From Octopus bimaculoides (taxonomy: Eukaryota), in the NCBI RefSeq assembly GCF_001194135.2, contig NC_068996.1, forward strand, positions 55,171,222-55,235,221: a DNA stretch of 64,000 nucleotides, in the 5' to 3' direction. Of this stretch, positions 1 through 12,210 are shown piece by piece. How positions within the stretch are numbered: the stretch's first letter is position 1; each line of letters opens with the position of its first letter. The notes beneath the pieces were generated by a model. The model searched no databases, had not been told where the DNA came from, and saw only the letters and a list, made by a program, of their open reading frames with translations. A program made the translations under genes and the position numbers.

Positions 1-663
1 ATTTTCTAAAATCTCTGACGAAGCCTAGAGAAACACCCAAGTACCTCAATTTCATCTACTAATTACTTCAGTCCACTGGAGGGATAAAAGTAGAATGAGG
101 TATTTTTGCCTCTTGGCTGAAACAGCTGTAAGATATTATCCCAATTTCTATTGCTATATGTTATATATTTTAATAATTACTGATATTTTTATATTTTTTA
201 TATTATATGTGTAAAGCGTAATATGTCATACATGTATGTATATTGTTATAATTGTCCTTTTAGTAAATAAATAAATAGACATAATATAATGTCTAAAAGT
301 TGATGAATACCACCTATTGATCCACTCCATTTTCTTATTGCTCTATAAATTAATAGTAAAATAACTCTTTACCCTCACCCATTTATTACACTTGGTAATG
401 TAATTGCCATGCCATGCCATGCAATGAAAAAACACTTGTGTATTAATAATTGGGTATTCTACCAGCAGTATATTGGATAGATATTATCCCTTAGTTGGTT
501 GGATTCACAACCTTTAACTTTCTTGGAATTATATATATCTGCTGGTACCAGGATTAGTTTTCAAAATGGCAATTAGAGGAAGAAGATAGCAGGGAACTAT
601 GGGAATTTATAGGTGATTAGTACCAAGGGTGAATGGTACTAATCACCATTAATTTGCGGTTAA

Positions 664-1083
664 TACTCTTACTCTTTTACTTGTTTCAGTCATTTGACTG
701 TGGCCATGCTGGAGCACTGCCTTTAGTCGAGAAAATCGACTCCAGGACTTATACTTTGTAAGCCTAGTACTTATTCTATTGGGCTCCTTTGCTGAACTGC
801 TAAGTTATGGGGACGTAAACACACCAGCATCGGTTGTCAAGCGATGGTGGGGGGACAAACACAGACACACAAACACAGACATACAAACATATACACATAC
901 ATATATATATACATATATACGACGGGCTTCTTTCAGTTTCCATCTACCAAACCAACTCACAAGGCTTTGGTCGGCCCGAGGCTATAGTAGAAGACACTTG
1001 CCCAAGGTGCCACGCAGTGGGACTGAACCCGGAACCATGTGGTTGGGAAGTAAGCTACTTACCACACAGCCACTCCTGCGCCT
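664..1083 (-). mobile_element. Full-length tRNA-head SINE (CORE-like body, AAGAGT-type tail)
   Basis: On the minus strand: tRNA-like head AGGCGCAGGAGTGGCTGTGTGGTAAG...GGTTCCGGGTTCAGTCCC, then GGCACCTTGGGCAAG (resembles the CORE domain start), an internal TA/GT microsatellite and a (AAGAGT)n-like tail. Near-identical copies at 30511-30904 and 37354-37692. Confidence 0.85.
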
Positions 1084-1152
1084 GTTTTATTAAATTGTTG
1101 CAAGTCGAGTGGATACCCATGTGGATATATAACTTTACTGTTTACTGTGTCC

Positions 1153-1207
1153 ACATGTACATTTTTATCAGTTTCATCCAACATGAAACTGATAAAAATG
1201 TACATGT
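1153..1207. repeat. Perfect 25-bp inverted repeat with 5-nt loop
   Basis: ACATGTACATTTTTATCAGTTTCAT (1153-1177), loop CCAAC, then ATGAAACTGATAAAAATGTACATGT (1183-1207), its exact reverse complement. Confidence 0.97.
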
Positions 1208-1597
1208 AGAGTTAACTCCCTTCATCTGCATTCAGCTCAGCAATATGTTTACGTTCCTGCTTAGTTTACATGAATGTCATTGCGGCATCGTTTTACAGCC
1301 AGATGCGCAACTTGTTGCTAACTCTTGCCTGTTTTTCAACTATGGGATCTCTTATTCAGCATAGCTTCAAAGGCGGGAAGTGAGTGGGTGGTTTGTTTAC
1401 GAGAGAACTGACAACAAATAACATTGTCCGGATGTAACAACTTCTGTACAAAACAAGCAACTCGTAAACAAACACTTACACACACACACAGTTATAGAAT
1501 TGGCAAAGGAAAAAGAAGAGGGAAAGAAGAAATAGAAACGGGGAGTGTAGTAAAGAATGAGAACACAGAGAGAAAAGATACAAGTAAAGTAGAGAGG

Positions 1598-1658
<61 letters not shown>

Positions 1659-2316
1659 NNNNNNNNNNNNNNNNNNNNNNNNNNNNNNNNNNNNNNNNNN
1701 NNNNNNNNNNNNNNNNNNNNNNNNNNNNNNNNNNNNNNNNNNNNNNNNNNNNNNNNNNNNNNNNNNNNNNNNNNNNNNNNNNNNNNNNNNNNNNNNNNNN
1801 NNNNNNNNNNNNNNNNNNNNNNNNNNNNNNNNNNNNNNNNNNNNNNNNNNNNNNNNNNNNNNNNNNNNNNNNNNNNNNNNNNNNNNNNNNNNNNNNNNNN
1901 NNNNNNNNNNNNNNNNNNNNNNNNNNNNNNNNNNNNNNNNNNNNNNNNNNNNNNNNNNNNNNNNNNNNNNNNNNNNNNNNNNNNNNNNNNNNNNNNNNNN
2001 NNNNNNNNNNNNNNNNNNNNNNNNNNNNNNNNNNNNNNNNNNNNNNNNNNNNNNNNNNNNNNNNNNNNNNNNNNNNNNNNNNNNNNNNNNNNNNNNNNNN
2101 NNNNNNNNNNNNNNNNNNNNNNNNNNNNNNNNNNNNNNNNNNNNNNNNNNNNNNNNNNNNNNNNNNNNNNNNNNNNNNNNNNNNNNNNNNNNNNNNNNNN
2201 NNNNNNNNNNNNNNNNNNNNNNNNNNNNNNNNNNNNNNNNNNNNNNNNNNNNNNNNNNNNNNNNNNNNNNNNNNNNNNNNNNNNNNNNNNNNNNNNNNNN
2301 NNNNNNNNNNNNNNNN

Positions 2317-2557
2317 TGCCTCACCACCTCAGCCCAGGTCTTCCTGGGCCTACCTCTTCCACGGGTTCCCTCAACTGTTAGGGTGTGGCACTTTTTCACG
2401 CAGCTATCCTCCTCCATTCTCACCACATGTCCATACCAGCGCAATCGTCTCTCTTGCACGCCACAACTGATGCTTCTAATGTTCAGCTTTTCTCTCAAGA
2501 TACTTACACTCTGACGGGTATTCACATTGACATTACACATCCAACGGAGCATACTGG
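2317..2557 (-). mobile_element. RTE-clade LINE fragment (RT C-terminal region), truncated by gap
   Basis: Translation RNEASMLRWMCNV...QERRLRWYGHVVRM...RGRGRPRKTWAEVVR contains the RLRWYGHV and RGRPRKTW motifs typical of RTE ORF ends. Confidence 0.85.
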
Positions 2558-2564
2558 CTTCATT

Positions 2565-2614
<50 letters not shown>

Positions 2615-3138
2615 ATGAAAATGGCCACACTCCACATCTGATGTGATTCTATAAATCAACTGAGAATTTGAAAGCAGTCTACCATGTTTATATAAGAGTG
2701 TACTTTGAGCAAAGTGATGCCTTAAATGAGAAACAGCAGCTAAATCTGTTGCAAATCACACTCTGCCATTGTAAAAGGAAGGTATCCATTGGATAATGTT
2801 GTCCTAGATACACTGATTCTGATTAAAAACTAAAAGACAAAGGTCTCAGTTCAATCGGCTTGACCATAGACTTGCAGGGTCAAGGCTGACCTGGTGCAAA
2901 AACAACACAGGTGGTTCTGTGTGGTTGCTCAACTTGCTTGAAATAGCAGCCAAAACCTCCTTCAACTAACACTCTAATGTATCACAAAAAAAGAAGAACA
3001 CATTAATTAATGTACATCTAAATACATACTGCCTGAATATGAAAAGAAATAGGACAGTCATGGCTGGAATGCCTTTTATCATAAGATTGTTTCATTAGGA
3101 CTGAACTGGTGCTAAATAACATCAACACGTGTGTGTGT

Positions 3139-3296
3139 TACGAAAAACAAAACACGAAGACAGGTGTGTAAACAACAAACAGGTGTATTAGTTTAACGCT
3201 TGGGAAGGTGAGAAAGTCTTTTAAATTTTGAACCTACGCTCTTCTACAAAAAACAAAAGATGAAGACAGGTGAAGGAACAACAAGCAGGTGTATTA
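3139..3296. repeat. Imperfect direct duplication of a ~52-bp unit (period ~106 bp)
   Basis: TACGAAAAACAAAACACGAAGACAGGTGTGTAAACAACAAACAGGTGTATTA (3139-3190) versus TACAAAAAACAAAAGATGAAGACAGGTGAAGGAACAACAAGCAGGTGTATTA (3245-3296). Confidence 0.8.
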
Positions 3297-3741
3297 TTCC
3301 GTGTTGCATCAGTGAACAGGTTGCAGCCTCAAAGCGATGAAAATATTTTGACAAGTTAAATTTAAATGTTGAAGTGAATCTAACGATTTTTCTGTGTTTC
3401 TTAAATGGCTTATAAACACCTTCCACACTGCAATTGTTTTTGTTTCAGCACATGATCTCAGACCAGGTCACTTGCTATGCAAGTACATCTCTGTTAAATA
3501 AATATATATTTACATTAATATTTAGAAGAAGCACCAAAGTGACTCAAGGGTCAGGACTTTCATGCATTGGCACTCATCAAAAGACGAAACTCCCAGCCCT
3601 TGAGTCGCTTTGTTGCTTCAGCTAAACACACACACACACACACACACACACATAAAAGTTGATTCATTTGACAAAAAAATTCTTTAGAGCAGTACCCCAG
3701 CATGGCTGCAGTCTAATGACTGAAACAAAAAGCTAAAAGAT

Positions 3742-3774
<33 letters not shown>

Positions 3775-4213
3775 GTAACATGTAGACACATATACTTGCA
3801 AGTGAGTGTGTGTGTGTGTGATATACATATATAAATATATAAGATAAATGACAAATGAATAAAATTGTTTTTTATTCATTAAACCCCCAGTGATGTTGAA
3901 TTGACAGCAGATATTGTTAAGAGGAAATAAAATACTTATAGGATATGAGCATATATTATCGATGCTCTATGGAAATATACCTCTTTATATGATTTGTGTA
4001 GAAATATGTATAGCAACAAAACCAATGCAATAGATCAACATACAAGATACACACACCCTCACACACATACATAGTATAATCTTTGAATTCAAAACATTTG
4101 GAAAATACCAGGTCATGGTATAGCATAATAAGCAATCTTGGAGCAAAATTGTAAACACATGACAAATTCTTGAGGGGAAAGAGATACAAGACAAAAAAAA
4201 AAGACAATATTAC

Positions 4214-4325
4214 CTGATCTCATATTTGTCATAGTTGGAGGAAAATCTAATAGTGTAGGATTATGGGTTGTAACACCAACTTCTATGGAACCAGACCATT
4301 TATCTACAAGTTCATCAAGTCGAAT
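4214..4325 (-). CDS. NEURL4: Neuralized-like protein 4, coding exon 4 (112 nt, NHR2; gene continues beyond left edge)
   Basis: Not in the ORF track. Minus strand reads CTTCCTTAG|ATT CGA...TCA G|GTAAT, giving [37 protein letters not shown]. It has the NHR motif WSGSIEVG, and its phase-0 start matches the end of exon 3. Confidence 0.93.
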
Positions 4326-6588
4326 CTAAGGAAGTAAAGATTGAAAATGTAAAAACTGAATGTAGTTTGTAACTGAATAAAGTTCTGTTTTTTTTGCATT
4401 ATGGTATCATAAAATAGACACAAATCATGTTAGGTAGAGGTATAGTTGTTTTTGGTTTCAATCCCACTGTACAGCACCTCAGGCAAGTGTCTTCTGTTAT
4501 AGCTGTGAACTGCTCAAAGTGTTGTATGGATTTGGTTGACAGAAACTGAAAGAAGCCTATCATACATGTGTGTGTGTGTGTTATTTTCGCCTTGCCTTGA
4601 TATTGCATGGTACTTATAAATGAGTATCACCATCAATAAGCAGTGTCCTTCATTTCCAGTCTTTTGTGAAAAATATGTCTGGCCATGAAGAAATATTACT
4701 TTATTCTTAAACAGGGGAAAAACAACAGTAGAAAATCTGCTTCAACAAATTCCGTCTGACCCATGCAAGCATGGCAAAGTGGACATTAAAACAGTGATGA
4801 TAATAGTTAACAAAATCAGGGAATATATTTTTTATTTAGGTTGCTGTATTATATGGAGATCATTCAATACTGCTGCAAAATCCTTTCTGAGATTCTTCCT
4901 TACCTTTGAACCACAAGCAATATGTGCCATATTATTTGATATATTTGTGTTAAGCCTGTAAATTAAATTAACTGCACAAATTTAATGGATTAAACTTCAC
5001 TAATCCACTTGCACACAATCACACATACATAACAAACATTCATTATGCTTTCTTACATCTTGTGTGACATAATGCATATTTGAAATTTTTATATTGACAC
5101 AAATCAATGTGTGCGTGTGTGTGTGTGTTATTACTTTCTTTTTTTGTTGCTTTTGAAGGGAGCGGAGAGAATGGACAATTAAAATGACCCACGTATTTGA
5201 CTGGTACTTTATTGTAGCATCTTCAGACATTGAAAGAAAGTTGGCTTTGGTAGTATTTGCACTCAGTCTGTAACTAAACACTTTAACTGATGCTCCACAT
5301 CAGTGCAGTGGATTCTGCCAATACACTGATGTAACCAGAACAGACTGTATTCACAATATTATTATTATCTCCTATGAGAACCAGAATAATTGCCAGAATA
5401 ACTGGGTATGAAATACAAAATCCAGAAAACGCTTATACTATGAATACCAATAACCAGGCATGTGCCATCAGTAATTACTCAGGGTAGGCAGTAGATAAAA
5501 GGATAGTCACTATCCATTGCTGGAAAGGGGTAAAAATGGAAATGAGCTAAAACTGAAGGAAAAAACAAAAAAAAAATAAGTGAAACACAGGCGCACAATT
5601 GAATTGAAAGCAGAGTTATTTCTACCTTTATAACATGTAAAGAAAATGGTGTTGTAGGAGTGTATGTAGAATGTGTACTACAGCAGTACTATGCATAGCT
5701 TAAATACTGAGATTGAAAAGCAGGGTAAAATTATGCCTACCTTATCTTAAAAAAGATAGAATATTTTGTATTATATGCAGAGTAATCAGAGCAACCTTCA
5801 TAATTTTATTGAATTAGGTGCATATTTTGCCATAAAAGGAAAATGTTGCTATCAATCTATTTTATTCAAGGTAGGCATTGCCTACCTTGCATACCTAGGT
5901 GGCATGTCCCTGCCAATAACAGAATTACTCCATGGCTTTCACACAAATACAGACAAGTGCTATAAGAATGAAGTTGAGTAGGAGACTCAATCCACCTACA
6001 CCTGGGTGTCTCTGGTTTGGTTTTTTGCTCCTTCTGACCAGTCTTGAAAACTGTGAAAGATCAAGATCATGTACAGCAGCCCCTCCCCCTTGACTAAAAG
6101 CTTAAAGAAAGTCCTTATGTAAAAATAAGGGCTAATTTTTGTAAGGGATGAGGGTTGATCAATTGAAACAATACAAATCTGATAATTAATCTAATTTATA
6201 ATTGGAAGAAAAATAAGAACAGGTGATTGATGGAATTTGAAACCCAAATATTGAGGGATCCAAGACAAATACAGTAAGCCAACTGGACATGGCACCTAGC
6301 TGTTTAGATTGTTCTTAACAGCTCTACTGCTCTGAGGGAACTCATAAAGTGACTTGTCCACCTGCTAAAAACAATAGCTAAACACCCCTTGAAGCCCAAT
6401 GTGTTGCGTCTTGAAAAGACAGCAACACATTTGATAATATAGTTTTAGGTATGCAATGTTCAGAAGAAGGACTAGATGGTCATTATTGGAACACCTCTGA
6501 TCATGGGACAGCTCACTCTGAGCTGACCAAGATCTAAACAACCTCTCTAATGATTAAGGAAAATAAAAACCAAAACGAAAATTCTTAC

Positions 6589-7136
6589 CTCAAAAATTTC
6601 ATCATCTTTTATTGGTCTGTTTGTCATAACCACACCATTGTTGAACTCGTCCAACGGTCTCGTTCTTTCCGCTGTTCGTCTGCCATTGGTCAACTTCACA
6701 AGTCCACCGCACTTTTCATGGAACACTAGTCTTTCATTGGAACGTAAAGTCTGAGCATCTCCTCCTCCTCCACCACCCGCTCCCCCTCCTCCTCCTCCAC
6801 CGCCGCCACCACCCCCAGCACCACCCCCATTTCCATTATTGTTTCCACTGCTACCAGCAGCACCGGCTGCACTATTACCACCATTGCTACCGCCACTACC
6901 ACCACCGCCGCTGCTGCTAGCTCCTCCTCCTCCTGCACCTCCTATCAGAAGGTTCACCGACACAGGTACGTTGTTTGATGTTGTGCTGGCATTGTCGTTA
7001 AGTGCACTGTTAAAGTTTGGCTCCATAACAACTGCTGAACTGTTGCCAGTGGCTTGACTTAAATTACTGGCGACTTGATTAGATAACACTGCCAAATATT
7101 CATTGGCAATTTCATTAACGATATTGCTATTGAAGG
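6589..7136 (-). CDS. NEURL4: Neuralized-like protein 4, coding exon 3 (548 nt; Asn/Ser/Gly-rich linker and start of NHR2)
   Basis: Acceptor after a polypyrimidine tract (...CACTATCCAG|CC), donor GAG|GTAAGA. Encodes ...[48 protein letters not shown] (NHR start). Phase 1 in and phase 0 out fit both neighbouring exons. Confidence 0.93.
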
Positions 7137-7214
7137 CTGGATAGTGGTGGAGAAAATGGAAGGAAGAAAAGAGAAAAAGAAAAAAAAAAGGATACTTGTT
7201 AAGTTGAAGAATTA

Positions 7215-7476
7215 TATGGTTGGTGAACGATGCAGAGAATAATTTAATGACTAATGCAGTGAACAATGTGGTGAAGGTGAACAATGTAGTTAATGTTATA
7301 GTGAACATATGATGAACAATGTAAATAATGTAGTGGATGATGTAGGCAGCAATGAAGTGAACAATTGAGCAATATAGTTAATGAACAATATAATTAATTA
7401 TATAGAGTGTAGTGAATTGATGCAATTAAAGACGTGATGGACAGTATATCGAGTAGCAGAGCAATGAAGAATAATA
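7215..7476 (+). repeat. Degenerate ~12-bp minisatellite (GTGAACAATGTA-like), left half
   Basis: GTGAACAATGT, GTTAATGA and related variants recur; the same motif resumes at 8695-9000 beyond the mariner. Confidence 0.7.
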
Positions 7477-7478
7477 TA

Positions 7479-8692
7479 TTGGGTCATCCCATAAATAATG
7501 CAGTTTTTTTTTATATTTCTTTAATTTTTCAAAATTAAAATAAACACAGTCCTTTTTAAAATCTAGAATATACTCTCCTTCATTTTCTACAATGCTCTTC
7601 CATCTATCTGGTAGACTTGCAAGGCCCCTTTTCCAAAATTCACTTGTCTGTGATGAAAAATACTCTTTTAGTATTGTTCTGACTTTGTCTACAGAATTCA
7701 TATTTTTTCCGTCCAAATGATTTGGAAGACTGCAGAATAAATGATACTCAGATGGGGCATCATTTCCCATTCAAACTGCTCCAGCCTTTGGAATGTAATT
7801 TTTGCTCTATGTGGCCAAACATTAATCCTGTTGTAAGAACACCTTTTGTCTTGAAACCAAGGATGATCATTTTTCTTCTAGCGCTGACTTAAGCCACTCA
7901 AACTGCTCACAGTAGATCTCCTTTGTTATCGGTTGGTTTGGGTTTAAAAGTTCAAAGTGGACTAAACCTTTCATATCTCACCAAACAGATAACAACACCT
8001 TACGTGGGTGAAGACCTTCTTTAGCCTGGGATGCCAGTGTTTCTTCTTTCTTTACCCACTATCTTCAGTGCTTGACATTTTTATAGAGAACCCATTTCTC
8101 ATCACAAGTCACTATTTGGTCTAAAAAAGGCTCATTTGTGAGATGTGACAGCAAAGAAGAGAACACATTCACTCTCTGCACACAATTAGACTTGGAAAAG
8201 TTATGAGGAACCCATTGACCCAATTTACTGACTTTTCCAATGGCACGCTGGTGTTGATGAGTGGTTGAATGACCAAATCCAAGCTTCTCTGCTGGTTCTT
8301 CAGGATTTTGTTCCACCAGGGTTTGCAGGATGTCCTTGTTGCACTCTACAGATCTTCCACGACGAAATTCCTAGAACCACTGTTGACATTGGCTTATGCT
8401 TATTGTCTGATCCCCATATACTGCATTAATATTCCTTGCACTTCCATTCCATTATTGTCTTTATTGAATTCATAAAGCAAAATATGCCAAATATGCTCCT
8501 TAGTCACTTCCATTATAGCTTTGAAAAAATAACTGTTAAAATCGAACTGCACTCTTCAAAACTTGCACTAAGAATAAGTACAAGATAAAATTACTACCTG
8601 CTTTTATAGCAAGTTGATGCGGGTAGTTTATCCCGCCCCCTTCCGACTTTTCATGCAATTGAAAAAATTGTATTATCTATGAGATAACCCAA
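7479..8692 (-). mobile_element. Mariner (Tc1/mariner) transposon, near full length (1214 bp), transposase disrupted
   Basis: TIRs TTGGGTCATCCCATAAATAAT and ATTATCTATGAGATAACCCAA, each flanked by TA. Peptide pieces KLGQWVPHNF, FLDQIVTCDEKWVLY and APSEYHLFCSL...FWKRGLASLPDRWKSIV are mariner DD34D motifs, split across frames. Confidence 0.93.
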
Positions 8693-8694
8693 TA

Positions 8695-9000
8695 ATTAAC
8701 AATGCAGTTAACGATGTCGAGGACAGTTTGATTAATAGTGCAATGAACAAAGCAACTAATGACATAGAAAACGCTACAATTAACAGTGTACTTAATGATT
8801 CAGATAATGAGGTAGTGAGCAATATGGTTAAAAATGTAGTGAATGTTGTAGTTAATTATGCAGCGAACAGTATAATTAGCAATATAATGAATACTACAAT
8901 GAACAATGTAGTTAATGATGTAATAAACAAGAAAGTTAACAGTACAGTAAATGATGCAGTGAACAATGTTATTGATGGTGTACAGAACAATATACATTAC
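8695..9000 (+). repeat. Degenerate ~12-bp minisatellite, right half
   Basis: Same GTGAACAATGTA/GTTAATGATGCA units; they give the Asn/Val-rich 4-residue-periodic ORF at 8728-9078. Confidence 0.7.
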
Positions 9001-10308
9001 AGTTCATTAAAAATTCAAACAATAACAATAAACGTAAAACATTTTTGTTTAAAAACTGATTTCTTTCGAATAATGTAGATTAAATTTTGTAGAGAAAATG
9101 ATGTAATGGATTGAATTAACTTGCATTAATTATTGGTACTTATAAAAAGAGAACAACCATTCTGGTGAGTAAGATATTGAACTACCAGTTCTTAATTCAA
9201 GAATACAAATTCTCTGCAAGTATTTCATTTTGTAACTTGAACACACTATTCCTGCATTGTTTCAGTTACAGATAGGTAAATATGTATCTTAGATTATCTG
9301 AGAATACCAACAAAATTGATATATTTATTTCTTACCTGCTTAATGCCATAGAAATCAATGTAAAGTGCTATTCCTTAAAAGTTCCACTCCAACCCCTTTT
9401 AGAGCAGATGAAATATCAAAACTTTCTACTTATTTTTTAATGACTTTGAAAATGGAAAGTGATCCTAACAGAGTTTGACTATGGCTCCAAGTGATAAACT
9501 GCTATCCATTAAAAAGTGATAATGCAGGGCTTGAAAGGGCTCTTTAACGTTGCTGAGAACATGACAACGTCTATGGTGCTGGTGCCAAGAAGGAAAAAAG
9601 GCACTCAATACACTCTGTAAAGTTTGGTGTTAAGAATGGTTATACAACCAAAAAACAAGGACAGAACAGAGACATTGGAGCAAGAAGTTGTTATCCAATG
9701 TATCAGATTCTGTTGAACAATCCAAACCATACCAATATAGAAAATGGATGTAAAATGATGTTATGCATTTAGTTCAATGCATTACTGATTAATTTCAATA
9801 TCAATCCTTGATATTTTTATAATAAATTTTACGAACTTTGCTACAATGCAAGAAAAACTGCCAGCAGAGGCAATAAAGTGTTTTTCCTCTCACCATGCAA
9901 AGAAAACTCTGTATGAACCACAAGTAAACTGATGGGGATGGTAGTGGGATAATACTTGAAGAATGAAAGGAATGAGATAAACCCGATTGCTATTTGATAT
10001 GTAACAATGTGTACAAAAGACAACAGAGATGAGGGGAGAGCATGGCTAGGCATTAAAGTTCTTAAAAAAGGCACTCTGCTGTCATGCAACACAAATGAAT
10101 GCTGACAGGAGGTCAGTAAATAAAACGCAGGAGGGAGTTTGTCAGAAGATCTCAAGATGGTGATGCTACTCAGATGAAATGATGCAGACCCATCCAACCC
10201 ATGAAGGCAAAAAATCCTATGACAAGGGTGAAGGAAATATGGATAAAATATACCAATAAACCTACAATCACTCATTAAATTTGTTTAAAATTTCTAACTT
10301 TTATTTAA

Positions 10309-10531
10309 CCCTTTTAGCATTCAAATTTCTGTGTCAAATGTAACATTTATTTATTCATATTGATTTGAATTAATCATGCATCACCTTGTAGCTTTGAGAT
10401 TTCAATGACGTGATTGTTTTCATTTTTAGAATAATGTTGTAGGGTAGGTATGAGAGGCCAGATCTGGCTAGTTTGAAGATAATACAGGTAGATTATTTTG
10501 GCTGGATATGACTGGTTTAAATGCTAATGGG
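10309..10531. mobile_element. TTAA-flanked piggyBac-type MITE
   Basis: TTAA|CCCTTTTAGCATT ... AATGCTAATGGG|TTAA. Related copies at 36475-36660 (same orientation) and at ~17700-17890 and ~21056-21275 (opposite orientation). Confidence 0.85.
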
Positions 10532-10817
10532 TTAATAGTAATTTCCAAAAACATTTAAGAAAAATAGTTTTCTTTGGAAAATAATTACCAAGATTGGAAC
10601 TATGCAACATATTAATAAAAGTGGGGGTAATTTGACCTACTTTACTGAAACCAGAGGGACATAAATCCAAGTGTGATCCAAGCATATTTTAAATTCACAA
10701 TATGGAGAGAAAGAATTAAAAATCAAATGACATTTAGCCTGGCACTCTACCATCTCTTTATGAATGTTTTTATTGTTTTTTTTTTATAATTCAAAATATC
10801 CTTAAGTTATATTTTAC

Positions 10818-11172
10818 CGTTTTGTCTGATGCTTTCATCCATTATAGTAACTTGAGCACATTTTCCATACATGTCCACAACTGCATACACTTTGTTTGGA
10901 ATGCCGGTAGCTGCTGGACCATGGTCTACATCATTGATGAAGAAATGCAGAGCACCATAATCAGTACGCAGCACTCCAATACGGTCTCCTTCTGAAAGAA
11001 TGTCCAAATCACAGCCATATTCTTCGTTTAATGAGTGGCCATTTTTCAGAATGCTGTTGCCAGACATAACCCATGTTCCTTCACGAAATGATGAAGCACT
11101 GACTGGAAAATTTAAAGTTGTAGGATCACAGGTAGTAACACCCATTTCTATTGAACCACTCCATGCGTAAAC
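10818..11172 (-). CDS. NEURL4: Neuralized-like protein 4, coding exon 2 (355 nt; rest of NHR1)
   Basis: TTCTTCAG|GTT...AAC G|GTAAAA. Encodes VYAWSGSIEMGVTTCDP...DLDILSEGDRIG...VYAVVDMYGKCAQVTI, a hallmark NHR domain closely matching NEURL4 NHR1. Confidence 0.95.
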
Positions 11173-11899
11173 CTGAAGAAAATAATTGAAGAAGACTAAA
11201 ATACACAACCAAAAAATATTTTAGGAGAAACATTTACAAGCAAAGAAATGAAAGAATATTTTAATCATCAATATATATAAAGGAATGGTTGAGACAATCA
11301 GGGAATGGACAATAAACAGAGAATTTGGTAGTTCAAATCCCAAAACTGCTACTGTTGTATCTGTAGTTAAGACATTTAATGTGGTAGGGTTAATATTATT
11401 TTCAAGCTGTTAAGAGTTTGCGGTTTTAAGCATTCTGATTGACTCCCATCTCTCCTTCCCGGCTCATATTTTTACCTGAAGATGTTCAAGGTGAGTATCA
11501 ATTGCATCAATCTCACCAGTTTAGGAGTATTGTCATTTCTCTTTTGGCCAATTTAAAAAATAAAGAAGAAAAAAATCTAAAAAATACACTTTGACTTGCA
11601 AATGTCCCAGTCTACCTAGCTGTAAATAGGTCCTACAAAATTAAAATATCAGTAATGTAAGCAGCTGTAACACTGGTGACTGTTTTATTAGCTTGTGGAT
11701 CTAGGTTTAACTTCTGCTTTGGTTGTAGCCACTGATCATGTTGTAAGTTATAAGGGCTGACTGAAAGATGCAACTAAACCTGAAAATTGAAATTAATTGT
11801 TTGGCAATGCACACATTGAATAAGGTACTAAAATTTGACTGCTTTTATGCTTGTCTTCACCTATGGTCATGAAAGTTGGGTAACAACCAAAAGAGTATG

Positions 11900-12210
11900 A
11901 TCACAAATGTAAGCAGCTGAAATGGGGTTCTTTTGAAAGATCTCTGGAGTACATAAGTAAGAAACTAAGGAGTCTCTCCTGGTCAAGTTGCTATTTCTCC
12001 ACAGTGAGGGAACACAACTCTGGTACAATGGACACGTGATTAGAATGTGGCAAGAAAGAATCACAAGACAGATTCTTCAAGCTGAGCTAACTGGCAGGAA
12101 ACTTAGGAGTAGACCAAGAAGTCTTAGCTGGTCACACTTGGGAATCCAGCCAGCAAAACTAATGATGGGTGTTCCTGATAGGACCATATCTCTTTTAATA
12201 TCCTGACTTG
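11900..12210 (+). mobile_element. Old RTE-clade LINE 3' fragment
   Basis: Translation LWYNGHVIRMWQERITRQILQAELTGRKLRSRPR resembles the W-GHV-RM...G-R-RGRP end of RTE RT. Confidence 0.6.

Noticed and set aside
15-34. CTGACGA...GAAAC hammerhead-like words at the window start
   Set aside because: The intervening AGCCTAGA cannot form stem II, and no stem I or III partner is visible. It is chance or a decayed remnant.
779-1364. ORFs of 104 and 176 aa
   Set aside because: They run through a SINE and microsatellites and show no protein-like features.
1424-2630. Long ORFs here and at 13556-15152, 23973-24839, 43007-43550, 54042-54661 and 59126-59452
   Set aside because: Their length comes from translating N gaps. 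Only the RT and GIY-YIG portions noted as features are meaningful.
6839-7057. Pro-rich plus-strand ORF
   Set aside because: It is the antisense shadow of the NEURL4 poly-Gly exon.
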